From Ruminococcaceae bacterium UBA5891 (GTDB taxonomy: Bacteria > Bacillota > Clostridia > Oscillospirales > Acutalibacteraceae): a stretch of DNA of 64,000 nucleotides. Every line of letters begins with the position of its first letter. The first letter of the stretch is position 1. Positions 63,673-64,000 of this stretch are shown piece by piece. Both the position numbers and the translations under genes were made by a program. The DNA lies in assembly GCA_002431945.1 (NCBI GenBank), contig DJET01000048.1:446-64445 (forward strand). Reading direction: 5' to 3'. Under the pieces are notes generated by a model. The model ran no database searches. It was given only the letters and a program-made list of their open reading frames with translations, and was not told the DNA's origin.

Positions 63673-64000
63673 ATGAATGCAAATAAGCTTACACTAAAGC
63701 AAAAAATACTTGTTGCCGGAACCCTGTTCGGTATGTTTTTCGGCGCGGGCAACCTTATATTCCCCGTGCATTTGGGACAAATGGCGGGCAGCAACGTTAT
63801 TTATGCCATTATAGGCTTTGTTATAACGGCGGTAGGTATACCGATACTCGGCGTTGCCGCGATAGGCATTACCCATTCGGACGGGCTTCAGACACTTGCA
63901 AGCAAGGTTGGCAAGGGCTACGGAATTTTCTTCACCTGCATACTTTACCTTACGATAGGTCCGCTTTTCGCTATTCCGAGATGCGCTACCGTTTCCTTTA
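63673..64000 (+). CDS. brnQ: Branched-chain amino acid transport system II carrier protein (5' part; runs off the window)
   Basis: ATG 63673 after RBS AAAGGAG. The translation MNANKLTLKQKILVAGTLFGMFFGAGNLIFPVHLGQ... contains the BrnQ FGAGNLIFP signature. The frame stays open to the window end. Confidence 0.8.
   Translation, partial: MNANKLTLKQKILVAGTLFGMFFGAGNLIFPVHLGQMAGSNVIYAIIGFVITAVGIPILGVAAIGITHSDGLQTLASKVGKGYGIFFTCILYLTIGPLFAIPRCATVSF

Overview
This 64-kb chromosomal segment looks like a Clostridia-class Firmicute, judging by GGAGG-type RBSs, TTGACA-17-TATAAT promoters, cohesin/dockerin modules and SipW-type peptidases. I saw no rRNA, tRNA or CRISPR. It falls into three blocks.

(1) 9-36226, glycan utilisation. 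A roughly 26.7-kb co-directional minus-strand gene train runs from 26746 down to 9. It encodes two solute-binding proteins, two ABC permease pairs and no ATPase. It also holds a clan-GH-A-like hydrolase, a 1468-aa multi-CBM dockerin protein with 4 x 684-bp tandem repeats, and a membrane-anchored cohesin protein. The rest are an NHL/Yip1 membrane protein, a large lipoprotein, a DUF4091-type hydrolase, nagB-like and nagA genes, and three Gfo/Idh/MocA oxidoreductases. A divergent AraC regulator sits at 27218. A second cluster (28156-36226) carries 2 x GH38 alpha-mannosidase, a GH2 beta-mannosidase-like gene and an S51 peptidase.

(2) 37482-54352, the most interesting part. This is a divergent locus driven by consensus promoters. 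Three of the transcripts begin with c-di-GMP-I (GEMM-I)-like riboswitch aptamers followed by intrinsic terminators. The locus encodes four proteins with TasA/SipW-type N-terminal signal motifs, one of them a 1449-aa beta-helix/lectin-repeat giant. It also encodes a degenerate EAL protein, two SipW-type signal peptidases, and a membrane-anchored McrB-like AAA+ NTPase with a partner protein. An EAL phosphodiesterase and a GGDEF cyclase follow. I read this as a c-di-GMP-gated extracellular fibre/adhesin system with uncharacterised accessory parts.

(3) 54527-64000. This block holds a lone large serine recombinase, DUF378, an NSS transporter, a Cu/Zn-SOD-like protein and an inverted-repeat-bounded structured element. 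It then continues with GNAT, DUF2156, PBP1A, LysR and the 5' part of brnQ.

All family calls come from motif reading by eye. No database search was run.
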